Positions 1 to 8,182 of a stretch of 61,251 nt of DNA are shown piece after piece. Source of the stretch: Rhodospirillales bacterium (GTDB lineage Bacteria; Pseudomonadota; Alphaproteobacteria; Rhodospirillales; Defluviicoccaceae). The position numbers and the translations under genes were made by a program. Location: NCBI GenBank assembly GCA_044869575.1, contig JBIOXH010000253.1:1-61251 (forward strand), written 5' to 3'. Within the stretch, counting starts at the first letter, position 1. Every line of letters begins with the position of its first letter. The notes under the pieces are model-generated. The model made no database searches and had not been told where the DNA came from. It was given only the letters and a program-made list of their open reading frames with translations.

Positions 1-75
1 TCGAGCAACGACGTAACGCGTCCTTTTTGGTCGAGCCGGTCGACAGTGGGCCGGTGCTCTAAAAGGGAGGTGGAT

Positions 76-126
76 ATGCTCGCAGTGCGGCGCGGTGCGA
101 CACCCATTCCTCGAAGACATCCCTAG
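76..126 (+). CDS. putative leader peptide (uORF) MLAVRRGATPIPRRHP
   Basis: GGGAGGT Shine-Dalgarno at 65-71, ATG at 76, TAG at 124-126; lies 144 nt upstream of the decarboxylase start; too short for the ORF track. Confidence 0.5.
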   Translation: MLAVRRGATPIPRRHP

Positions 127-270
127 AAGCCGTTGAGTGGCGCGCTTGGCGCGTCGCCGTTCGACGTTCGTAGCGTAATGGCCGGAGGCGACGCCAGCCG
201 AAGCAGGGCGTTCGTTTGCGATCGGCCAAAGGGCGCATGCAATTGCGTACGCCGAGAGGGATTTGCGCAG

Positions 271-1533
271 ATGACCGAGATCCTGGCCAAGACGGCCGTA
301 TCGCCCATCCGTCGCAGTTTCAACGACACCCCTCCGCCAGCCAGCGTCGACGATGTCGTCCTCGCGGAGCAACCACACGAGCCTATGCATTGCCTGCGTC
401 CGGATGTCATCGCCTCGGCTGCTCGGGCTTTTGTCAACGAGTTCGCTGGGTCGACACTTTACGCCGTCAAGTGCAACCCGGAACCGCGCGTGCTGCGCGC
501 CTTGTGGACTGGTGGCGTCCGCCACTTCGACTGCGCTTCTCCGGCCGAGATCGCGCTTGTTCGTCAGATGTTTCCGGAAGCCGCGATCCATTACATGCAT
601 CCGGTCAAGTCCCGGGCAGCCATTCGCGAGGCCGCATCCCGGCACGGCGTTTCGGACTTCGTTCTGGATAGCGAGTTCGAGCTCGGGAAAATTCTGGCCG
701 AGACGCAAATGCTGGGTCGGGCCGAGCTCGGCCTGTTTGTGCGCCTAGCTGTCTCTAACGGGGGCACTTACGACCTGAGCGGCAAGTTCGGAGCTACCCC
801 GGCGGACGCGTCGCGGCTGCTCGCGGAAGCGCGCCCATTCGCCGGAAGGCTCGGCTTGTGTTTCCACGTCGGCTCGCAGTGCCTCGCTCCCCAGGCTTAT
901 ACCGACGCCCTGGCGCTCGCCGCCGATGTCGTCGTCAAGGCCGGGGTCAGGGTCGACATAATCGACGTCGGCGGCGGCTTTCCGGTCAGCTATCCCGACA
1001 TCACGCCGCCGCCACTCGCCGTCTATCTGGCCGAGATCCAGGGCGCCCTTGATCGACTCGGGCTCGGCGGCGCCGAGCTATGGGCGGAGCCTGGGCGGGC
1101 GTTGGTCGCCTCGGGGACCTCGGTGGTCGTTCAGGTGCAGCTTCGCCGAGGCGGCGCGCTCTACGTAAACGACGGGGTCTTCGGCAGTCTGTCGGACGCG
1201 GGCGCACCCGGTTTCCGTTTTCCCGTTCGCCTGATCCGCTCGGCGGGCGATCCGGCTTCGCCCAGGTTGCAGAGCTTTCGGCTGTTTGGGCCAACGTGCG
1301 ACTCCGCCGACCGTATGGAGGGACCTTTCCTGCTTCCGCGCGACGTGCGCGAGGGCGACTGGATCGAAATCGGCCAGCTCGGCGCATATGGCGCGGCGCT
1401 GCGCACCGCCTTCAACGGCTTCGATCGCGCGCGCCTGGTCGACGTCAGTGATCCTCCGCTGCTGACCACACCCGGCTACGCCGCAAACGCCACGCGACAG
1501 ACCAGACTCCGAGTAGAGGGAATGCAAAAATGA
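271..1533 (+). CDS. PLP-dependent ornithine/lysine decarboxylase (alanine racemase fold, type III)
   Basis: YAVKCNP (PLP lysine), FHVGSQ, DVGGGF, EPGR, GPTCDS motifs; ATG at 271 preceded by GAGAGGGA; ORF track 133..1533. Confidence 0.9.
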   Translation: MTEILAKTAVSPIRRSFNDTPPPASVDDVVLAEQPHEPMHCLRPDVIASAARAFVNEFAGSTLYAVKCNPEPRVLRALWTGGVRHFDCASPAEIALVRQMFPEAAIHYMHPVKSRAAIREAASRHGVSDFVLDSEFELGKILAETQMLGRAELGLFVRLAVSNGGTYDLSGKFGATPADASRLLAEARPFAGRLGLCFHVGSQCLAPQAYTDALALAADVVVKAGVRVDIIDVGGGFPVSYPDITPPPLAVYLAEIQGALDRLGLGGAELWAEPGRALVASGTSVVVQVQLRRGGALYVNDGVFGSLSDAGAPGFRFPVRLIRSAGDPASPRLQSFRLFGPTCDSADRMEGPFLLPRDVREGDWIEIGQLGAYGAALRTAFNGFDRARLVDVSDPPLLTTPGYAANATRQTRLRVEGMQK

Positions 1534-2939
1534 AGCACGCAACATTCTCCGGGAAGCTGCTCATCATCGGCTTCGGCAGCATCGGCCAGGGGGTTCTGCC
1601 GCTCATTCTCCGTCATCTCGACATGCCGGCGGAGCGGATCACCGTCGTTACCGCCGAGCAGATCGGCCATGAGGAAGCGCGCCGCTATGGCATCCGCTTC
1701 GTTATCGAGCCGCTGACCCGCGAGAACTATCGTCGGGTGCTGGAACCACTACTGAGCCACGGCGACTTCCTGCTCAACCTCTCCGTTGACGTCTCGTCCG
1801 TGGCGCTGATCGAGTTCGCCCAGGAGAAGGGCGCTCTCTACCTCGACACGTGCATCGAACCCTGGGCCGGCGGCTATACCGATCCGTCGCTGTCGCCTTC
1901 GCAGCGCTCGAACTACGGGCTGCGCGAGAGCGCGCTGGCGCTCCGCCCCAGATACGACAGGGGGCCGACGGCGGTGCTGACGCATGGCGCCAATCCCGGC
2001 ATCGTTTCGCACTTCGTCAAGGAAGCCCTGCTCAACATCGCCCACGACACGGGCGTCGATGACGCGATGCCGACCAATCGGCGCGAATGGGCGGCTCTCG
2101 CTCGCCGCTTGGAGGTGAAGGTCATCCACATCGCCGAGCGCGACACGCAGGTGGCCCAGCATCAGCCGAAGCGCGTCGGTGAATTCGTCAATACCTGGTC
2201 GATCGACGGCTTTGTCGGCGAGGGCTGCCAGCCCGCCGAGTTGGGATGGGGCACGCACGAAAACCACTTCCCGGCCGACGGACGTTCGCACAACTTCGGC
2301 TGCGGCGCCGCGATCTACCTGGAGCGGCCTGGAGCCGGCACGCGCGTGCGCACCTGGACACCGCTGGAAGGGCCATTCCACGGCTTCCTCGTTACCCATA
2401 ACGAGTCCATCTCGATCGCCGACTATTACTCGGTCGGCAATGGTCACGGGCTCGAGTATCGGCCCACCGTGCACTACGCCTACCATCCTTGCGATGACGC
2501 GGTGCTGTCGTTGCATGAGCTCGCCGGCAAGAACTGGCGGTTGCAGCCGGAGAAGCGGCTGATGATGGACGAGATCACGTCGGGCATGGATGAGCTCGGG
2601 GTCCTGCTGATGGGCCACGCCAAAGGAGCCTACTGGTACGGATCGCGGCTAACCATCGAGGAAGCCCGCCGCATCGCTCCCTACAACAACGCCACCTCGC
2701 TGCAGGTTACCGCGGCGGTGCTGGCAGGGATGATCTGGGCGATCGAAAACCCGCGCGCCGGTCTGGTCGAACCGGACGAGCTGGATCACGTGCGTTGCAT
2801 GCAGATCGCTCGGCCGTACTTGGGGGAGGTGGTGGGCGTGTACTCGGGGTGGACCCCGCTGGCCGGCCGGGGCGTGCTGTTCGAGGAGAGCCTAGATCGG
2901 AGCTGTCCATGGCAATTCAAGAACTTCCGTGTGCTGTAG
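1530..2939 (+). CDS. hss: homospermidine synthase
   Basis: IGFGSIGQG Rossmann motif, HGANPG, IHIAERDTQ, FVNTWS, ELGWG, THNES, HYAYHP, NATSLQV, WQFKNF; ATGA overlap with the upstream gene. Confidence 0.95.
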   Translation: MKHATFSGKLLIIGFGSIGQGVLPLILRHLDMPAERITVVTAEQIGHEEARRYGIRFVIEPLTRENYRRVLEPLLSHGDFLLNLSVDVSSVALIEFAQEKGALYLDTCIEPWAGGYTDPSLSPSQRSNYGLRESALALRPRYDRGPTAVLTHGANPGIVSHFVKEALLNIAHDTGVDDAMPTNRREWAALARRLEVKVIHIAERDTQVAQHQPKRVGEFVNTWSIDGFVGEGCQPAELGWGTHENHFPADGRSHNFGCGAAIYLERPGAGTRVRTWTPLEGPFHGFLVTHNESISIADYYSVGNGHGLEYRPTVHYAYHPCDDAVLSLHELAGKNWRLQPEKRLMMDEITSGMDELGVLLMGHAKGAYWYGSRLTIEEARRIAPYNNATSLQVTAAVLAGMIWAIENPRAGLVEPDELDHVRCMQIARPYLGEVVGVYSGWTPLAGRGVLFEESLDRSCPWQFKNFRVL

Positions 2940-2966
2940 CGACCCGCGCAAAGGACGATCCGAGCA

Positions 2967-4094
2967 ATGACAAGAAAAATCGCCCGTTTCCTCGCCAATA
3001 ACGAGCCTGCCACCCCCTGTCTCGTGGTCGATCTGGACGTGGTCGCGGCCAGTTATCGCAAGCTGCGGACGGCGATGCCGGACGCCGTGATCTACTATGC
3101 GGTCAAGGCAAATCCGGCCCGCGAGATTCTCGAACTGTTGGCTCGACTTGGATCGTCCTTCGATACCGCAAGCCTGAACGAGATCGACATGGTGCTGGCG
3201 GCAGGCGGAACCGCCGATCGCATCTCGTTCGGCAACACCATTAAGAAAAGCTCGGACATCGCCGGCGCCCACGCGCGCGGAGTGCGCCTGTTCGCTTTCG
3301 ACAGCCGGGCGGAGCTGGAGAAGATAGCGGTCGCCGCTCCGGGAAGCCGCGTTTTCTGCCGCATTCTCACATCCGGCGAAGGCGCCGAGTGGCCGCTGTC
3401 ACGCAAGTTCGGCTGCGCGCCTTCGATGGCACTTGAGCTGCTGCGTCTGGCGAAGGAGCTGGACGTGGTGCCGTGGGGCATTTCCTTTCACGTCGGCTCG
3501 CAGCAGCGCGATCCGCAGCAGTGGGACAGGGCTATCGCCGAAGCGGCGCGAATGTTCCGCGATCTCGAGCAGGATGGTATCGAGCTCGGCATGCTCAATA
3601 TCGGCGGCGGGTTTCCGGCGCGCTATCGCAGAGACATCCCGACGCTGTGCCGCTACGGCGCCTGCATACGCCGCTCGATCCTGAAGCATTTCGGCAATCG
3701 CGTGCCGGATGTCATCGTCGAACCCGGACGCCAGATGGTCGGCAACGCCGGGATCATCCAGACCGAAGTGGTCCTGATCGCCAAAAAATCGGCCAACGAT
3801 CCGCGCCGCTGGGTGTTTCTCGACATCGGCAAGTTCGGCGGCCTCGCCGAGACGGAGGGAGAGGCGATCCAATACCCCATCAAGAGCCCTCGACGAGGAC
3901 GCGCCGAGCGGGTCATTCTCGCCGGCCCGACCTGCGACTCCGCCGACGTGCTGTACGAGAGGGCGAACTACCGCCTGCCGGTCGACTTGTCGATCGGCGA
4001 CCGTCTGCAGATCCGCTCGACCGGCGCGTACACCTCGACTTATGCGTCGGTTGCTTTCAATGGCTTCGAGCCGCTACGCTGCTATTGCATCTGA
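2967..4094 (+). CDS. second type III PLP ornithine/lysine decarboxylase
   Basis: YYAVKANP, SFGNTIKK, WPLSRKFG, FHVGSQQ, IGGGFP, EPGR, GPTCDSADVLYE, TGAYT. Confidence 0.92.
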   Translation: MTRKIARFLANNEPATPCLVVDLDVVAASYRKLRTAMPDAVIYYAVKANPAREILELLARLGSSFDTASLNEIDMVLAAGGTADRISFGNTIKKSSDIAGAHARGVRLFAFDSRAELEKIAVAAPGSRVFCRILTSGEGAEWPLSRKFGCAPSMALELLRLAKELDVVPWGISFHVGSQQRDPQQWDRAIAEAARMFRDLEQDGIELGMLNIGGGFPARYRRDIPTLCRYGACIRRSILKHFGNRVPDVIVEPGRQMVGNAGIIQTEVVLIAKKSANDPRRWVFLDIGKFGGLAETEGEAIQYPIKSPRRGRAERVILAGPTCDSADVLYERANYRLPVDLSIGDRLQIRSTGAYTSTYASVAFNGFEPLRCYCI

Positions 4095-4107
4095 GGCACC
4101 AACAACG

Positions 4108-4632
4108 ATGATTCAAATCGAACCGGAGCCGCCCGGCATAGCTTCCAGCCGGGAAGCGCTGCTCGACCAGGCGTTCGGGCCAGCCCGCTTGGCCAAGACC
4201 GCCGAGCGGCTGCGCGAGGGCAGGCTGCCGGCGGCCGGCTTGAGTTTCATCGCCTTGGATGCCGGAAAGCTCGTAGGCACCATTCGTTTCTGGCATCTGC
4301 GGGTCGGTGACGGGCTGGACGCGCTGCTGTTGGGCCCCGTAGCGGTGGCGCTGGGTCACGGCGGACGGGGTATCGCCGCAGGATTGATCGAGCACGGTCT
4401 CATTTCGGCGGAACGGCTCGGCCATAGGGCCGTGCTGCTCGTAGGCGACGAGTCTTATTACCGGCGCTTCGGGTTCCACGCCGACCTTACCCGCCATATG
4501 GAGCTGCCTGGTCCGGTCGACCGCCGCCGCTTTCTCGCCCACGAGCTTTATTCGGGCGCGCTGGAGGGAGCGAGCGGCCTCGTCCGTGCGGCTGGCCTGT
4601 TCGATCCGGCTTGCGGGTTACGCGCCGCTTGA
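4108..4632 (+). CDS. GNAT family N-acetyltransferase (YhbS-like)
   Basis: LLGPVAV..GRGIAAGL acetyl-CoA loop, LVGDESYYRRFGF; ATG at 4108 just after the decarboxylase stop. Confidence 0.85.
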   Translation: MIQIEPEPPGIASSREALLDQAFGPARLAKTAERLREGRLPAAGLSFIALDAGKLVGTIRFWHLRVGDGLDALLLGPVAVALGHGGRGIAAGLIEHGLISAERLGHRAVLLVGDESYYRRFGFHADLTRHMELPGPVDRRRFLAHELYSGALEGASGLVRAAGLFDPACGLRAA

Positions 4633-4642
4633 TGCGATGGGG

Positions 4643-5167
4643 TTACGCGCTCGGTATGCGTCGGCCGCTGATCGTCGCGCTTCGAGGAAGACCGGACGTA
4701 CGCAACGGCAGCGCTCCGAAACTCGGTACTCCACCGTTCTGCATTGCCGAGAGGGTGCGCGCCCAGGCCTCCGCGAAGGCCGGCCGGGTCTCGACGACGA
4801 GTGCCACGTCGTGACCGCTCGTTAGGTCTTGCACGGCTGATTGATAGGCGGCCGCGTAGATTCCGACCTTCGGCGCGGTCGAGATTACGAACAGGCGTGG
4901 CGCGGTCCGAACGTCGTCAGCCAACGCCCTCAGGTCGAAGCTCAACGGGCCCCCCTCGCATGCCCGCGGCAAGTCGTCGGCGACCAGCACAAAGCGGCGG
5001 CGGGCCCGCCGATGCATGGAGACCGTGCCCCCGGAGTAGAGCATTTCCACCTCAAAGCGATGCAGGCGGGCGGCCACGAATGTCGCGCGGATATGCTCCG
5101 GCATGCCTTCCACCAGCTCCTTGGGAAGGTTGCCAAGGCGCATCCAAGCCCTTCTCGCATCCAGCAT
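4643..5167 (-). CDS. hypothetical protein
   Basis: ORF 4643..5218; ATG at 5167 preceded by GAAGGG; globular alpha/beta-like sequence (FVLVADD..GGPLSF, LVVETRP..W), no recognised family. Confidence 0.55.
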   Translation of the reverse strand: MLDARRAWMRLGNLPKELVEGMPEHIRATFVAARLHRFEVEMLYSGGTVSMHRRARRRFVLVADDLPRACEGGPLSFDLRALADDVRTAPRLFVISTAPKVGIYAAAYQSAVQDLTSGHDVALVVETRPAFAEAWARTLSAMQNGGVPSFGALPLRTSGLPRSATISGRRIPSA

Positions 5168-5219
5168 CGTCGCACCCTTCAGCTTCAAGCACAACCCGCG
5201 GAGCTCCCGTTTGCACAAT

Positions 5220-5234
5220 GTGCTACGTTTGTTC
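5220..5234 (-). promoter_or_regulatory. candidate alphaproteobacterial LexA (SOS) box
   Basis: minus strand GAAC-AAACGTA-GCAC, one mismatch to GAAC-N7-GAAC, about 50 nt upstream of the 5167 start in an AT-rich intergenic gap. Confidence 0.4.
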
Positions 5235-5299
5235 CAGCCAGCATAGCACGACCTCAGGTGTTTTAACAGGACTTTTTTCTGTGTTATAGGTGAAAGTGC

Positions 5300-6847
5300 C
5301 TAAGTAGTGCCCGCCCGGGGATGAGCCAAGGCGCGCACGGTCGAAATGACATCGCTGTCGGAGGCCTGTTTGTCCAGCCGATACCGCTTCAGCCGAGCAA
5401 AGCGCAGCGCCAGGCCGCCGGGGTAGCGCGGACTGTGCTGGAGTTCGGCGAACGCCACCTCAACGACCAGCTCAGGTCGGACATGAACCGTGTAGGCGTC
5501 GCGCGAGACCTCCAGCTGCAACAGCCGTTCCGTTTGCCAACGCAACATCTCATCGGTCATACCCTTGAAGGTCTTGCCGAGCATGACAAAGCCTCCATTC
5601 TCGGGATCGCGCGCGCCGAGGTGCAGATTGGAAAGCCAGCCGCGACGACGGCCGTGCCCCCACTCCGCCGCCAGGACGACCAGATCGAGCGTTGTCGCCT
5701 GCTTGATCTTCAGCCACGACCTGCCCCGCGCGCCCGCCGCGTAAACGCCGTCCAGAGACTTCGCCATAAGCCCCTCATGGCCGGCCGCGAGCGCGTCCGT
5801 GAAGAACTCCTGGGCGATCGCCGGTACCGGGGTGACCGTGCGGGGTACGATCAGCTCCGGCGATAAAGTCGCGGTGAGCGCGGCTATCCTCTCGTAAGCC
5901 GGCGCGAGCGTCAGATTCTCGCCATCGAGCCAGATGCAATCGAAGAAGAACGGCCGAACCGGCATGCTGGCGCGCGCCGAGGCAACATCGAGCTTGCGGC
6001 CGAAGCGGCGCATCGTGACCTGGAAGGGCTGCGGCTGCCCGTCCGCCCGAAACGATAGCGCCTCGCCATCCAGGATCGCCTCGGAAACGGGCATGGCGCG
6101 CACCACCTCCACGATATCCGGAACCGACGCCGTGACCTCGTTCAGGCGGCGCGAAAACACACGCACGTCTATCCCCGCCTTGTGAACTTGCACGCGGGCA
6201 CCGTCCATTTTGAATTCGAAGGCCGCTTCGCCGAGCTCGGCCAGAGCCTCGTCAGTGTCCAGGGCCGCGCTGGCAAGCATGGGACGAACCGGCTGGAACA
6301 GCTTTATCGCGAATCGACCGAGCGCGGCGCCGCCGCCGGCCAGCGCGGCTTCCGCCACCGAGGCGAGGTCTCCGGTGACCATCACGGCCCGTCGCACCGT
6401 GCCGACCGGGATCTCGGCCGCCTTGGCGATCGCCTCGACCATCAGCCCTTCGACCGCGCCCTGACGCAGCTCGCCCATGATCAGACGCGCGAGGAAATCC
6501 TGCTCCGCGGCGCTCGCGCGCGCGAACAGCTCGCCCAATAGGCGCAGCCTCTCCGACCCGGAACGAGCTCCGGAGGTGCCGGCGATCTCCTCTAGAGCGG
6601 CGTCGACTTGCGGCAACATGAGCGTCGGAACTTGCGCCGGCTGACAGGATTGGCGCACGCGGCCCAGCGCCGAACCGCCGATGCCGAGCCGCTGCTGCCG
6701 AACCGAGCCGGCAAGGTAACGAACGGCAATGCCGACCTCGTCCGCCGGGGCGGCTCGCAGGCAGGCGGCGAGCATGTCGATCTTGGCGAGCCGGCCGGCG
6801 CTGAGCCCGACGCGCGCGGAGGTTTCGACAATCTCCGTCAGTGTCAT
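5300..6847 (-). CDS. ATP-dependent DNA ligase (N-terminal DNA-binding, adenylation and OB domains; LigB/archaeal-like)
   Basis: EFKMDG adenylation motif I, ILDGEA, FFDC, EGLMAK, WLKIK, LRFARL..R.DK; start taken as MTLTEIV. Confidence 0.92.
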   Translation of the reverse strand: MTLTEIVETSARVGLSAGRLAKIDMLAACLRAAPADEVGIAVRYLAGSVRQQRLGIGGSALGRVRQSCQPAQVPTLMLPQVDAALEEIAGTSGARSGSERLRLLGELFARASAAEQDFLARLIMGELRQGAVEGLMVEAIAKAAEIPVGTVRRAVMVTGDLASVAEAALAGGGAALGRFAIKLFQPVRPMLASAALDTDEALAELGEAAFEFKMDGARVQVHKAGIDVRVFSRRLNEVTASVPDIVEVVRAMPVSEAILDGEALSFRADGQPQPFQVTMRRFGRKLDVASARASMPVRPFFFDCIWLDGENLTLAPAYERIAALTATLSPELIVPRTVTPVPAIAQEFFTDALAAGHEGLMAKSLDGVYAAGARGRSWLKIKQATTLDLVVLAAEWGHGRRRGWLSNLHLGARDPENGGFVMLGKTFKGMTDEMLRWQTERLLQLEVSRDAYTVHVRPELVVEVAFAELQHSPRYPGGLALRFARLKRYRLDKQASDSDVISTVRALAHPRAGTT

Positions 6848-6959
6848 CCTTCGCGACTCCACACGTGCCACGCCAAGCCCATATTATCTCGAGCAACGGC
6901 GCGCCGCTGGCCTGGAGCGCTGCCTCGCCTCGTCCGGACCGCGCCGCGAAGGGACGAAG

Positions 6960-7103
6960 ATGAGCAAACCCGCCGACGCAAAGCATGGCAAAGTGAAGGA
7001 CGGGAAGACGCCGCCAGGCGCGGAGAACAAGCGGCTGACGGAGCAAACGCGCAAGATCCTCGGCAAGCACTATGCAAACAAGTACCGGACCAAGCGCGGC
7101 TGA
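6960..7103 (+). CDS. small basic hypothetical protein (47 aa)
   Basis: ATG at 6960 after GAAGGGA; MSKPADAKHGKVKDGK...KYRTKRG; divergent from the ligase. Confidence 0.5.
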   Translation: MSKPADAKHGKVKDGKTPPGAENKRLTEQTRKILGKHYANKYRTKRG

Positions 7104-7569
7104 CAACAGCTTCGGCTACGGGCGGGACGCGTATGGTGGCGTCACCGGCTCGGAGCGAGGCGATCCGCGGACCGGTCCGCCGCCTTTGCTCGACGCCAAT
7201 CAGTTGGCGAAACAGCCGGCATCGGCCGCTCATCGAAGAGCCCTTGAGCAGGCGGCCGACCGGATCACCGAATGGGTACCGAAGGGCGTCCACTTCGGCT
7301 GGGAGAGGTCGTTCAAGAACAAGGGGAAATTTCCGGCGACGATGAGCAAGGACGCGGCGCGGAGCCTGGTGGCAGGGCTGTTGCGAAACGCACCTCTTAC
7401 GATCTCCCCCAGCCGGCGACCGGATCGAACGAGCGCCGAGCAGCTCCGCGTCGTGGCGGAAGCCGGCGAGACCGTCGGTACACGCGGACAGCGGCGGGTG
7501 CGCATCGTGCTGGGTCGGGACTCGGCCGGCTTCTTCGTCGAGAACGCGTTTCCCGTGCGTGTGCGTTGA
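7072..7569 (+). CDS. hypothetical protein; C-terminus resembles toxin-type RNase domains
   Basis: 165-aa ORF filling the gap; H..K.KFP..MS and G.TVGTRG..RVRIV..G..VENAFP pattern. Confidence 0.5.
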   Translation: MQTSTGPSAADNSFGYGRDAYGGVTGSERGDPRTGPPPLLDANQLAKQPASAAHRRALEQAADRITEWVPKGVHFGWERSFKNKGKFPATMSKDAARSLVAGLLRNAPLTISPSRRPDRTSAEQLRVVAEAGETVGTRGQRRVRIVLGRDSAGFFVENAFPVRVR

Positions 7570-7590
7570 CGGCCCGGGACGATGCCTTCG

Positions 7591-7863
7591 CTAGCGGAAG
7601 TGGCACGAGATCGTCCAGGCGCCGATCAGCATGAAACCTATACCCGCGATCAGCTTTAGCGGCATGTCCGCTAAGTGCTGCTGGGCGGCGCTGCCCAGTG
7701 TGACGGCAATCGCGCTGGACGCGACAAGCGCCGTCGCCGCCGCGGCAAATACCCAGAACGGATTCTGCTGGCGCTCGGCTGCGAACAGCACCGTCGCAAG
7801 CTGCGTCTTGTCGCCCAACTCCGCGAGAAACACGGTGAGGAAGATTGGCAGAAGCTGCGCCAT
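7591..7863 (-). CDS. UPF0016/TMEM165/GDT1 family Ca2+/Mn2+ transporter, single-repeat form
   Basis: FLAELGDKTQLAT signature, three hydrophobic helices, 90 aa from MAQLL. Confidence 0.9.
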   Translation of the reverse strand: MAQLLPIFLTVFLAELGDKTQLATVLFAAERQQNPFWVFAAAATALVASSAIAVTLGSAAQQHLADMPLKLIAGIGFMLIGAWTISCHFR

Positions 7864-8182
7864 TGTGGTGCCACTCAGGAGCCGGACGAAGGACCCATGG
7901 CCAGATCGCGCGGTCCGGCTCCGGTGACGCGCATCCGAACCATAGGTCTCCCTGGCGGCCGCACGCGCCACAGCACCGCCTTGATAGGCGATGCCAAGCA
8001 TGTTGACGCGCGCCCCTTCACGTGAGGGCGGCTACTCCCCTAGATTGTCTGCCACGTTAATCCTTCAGGACGAGTTTCGCAACGGTGACGCAAGCCGGCG
8101 TTGGCGCGTTATGCTAGGTCGGCACCTACAGTGCTTTTACGGAGCACGGGCCAGCCCAGCTGTCCTATTCGGAAAGGAACCG

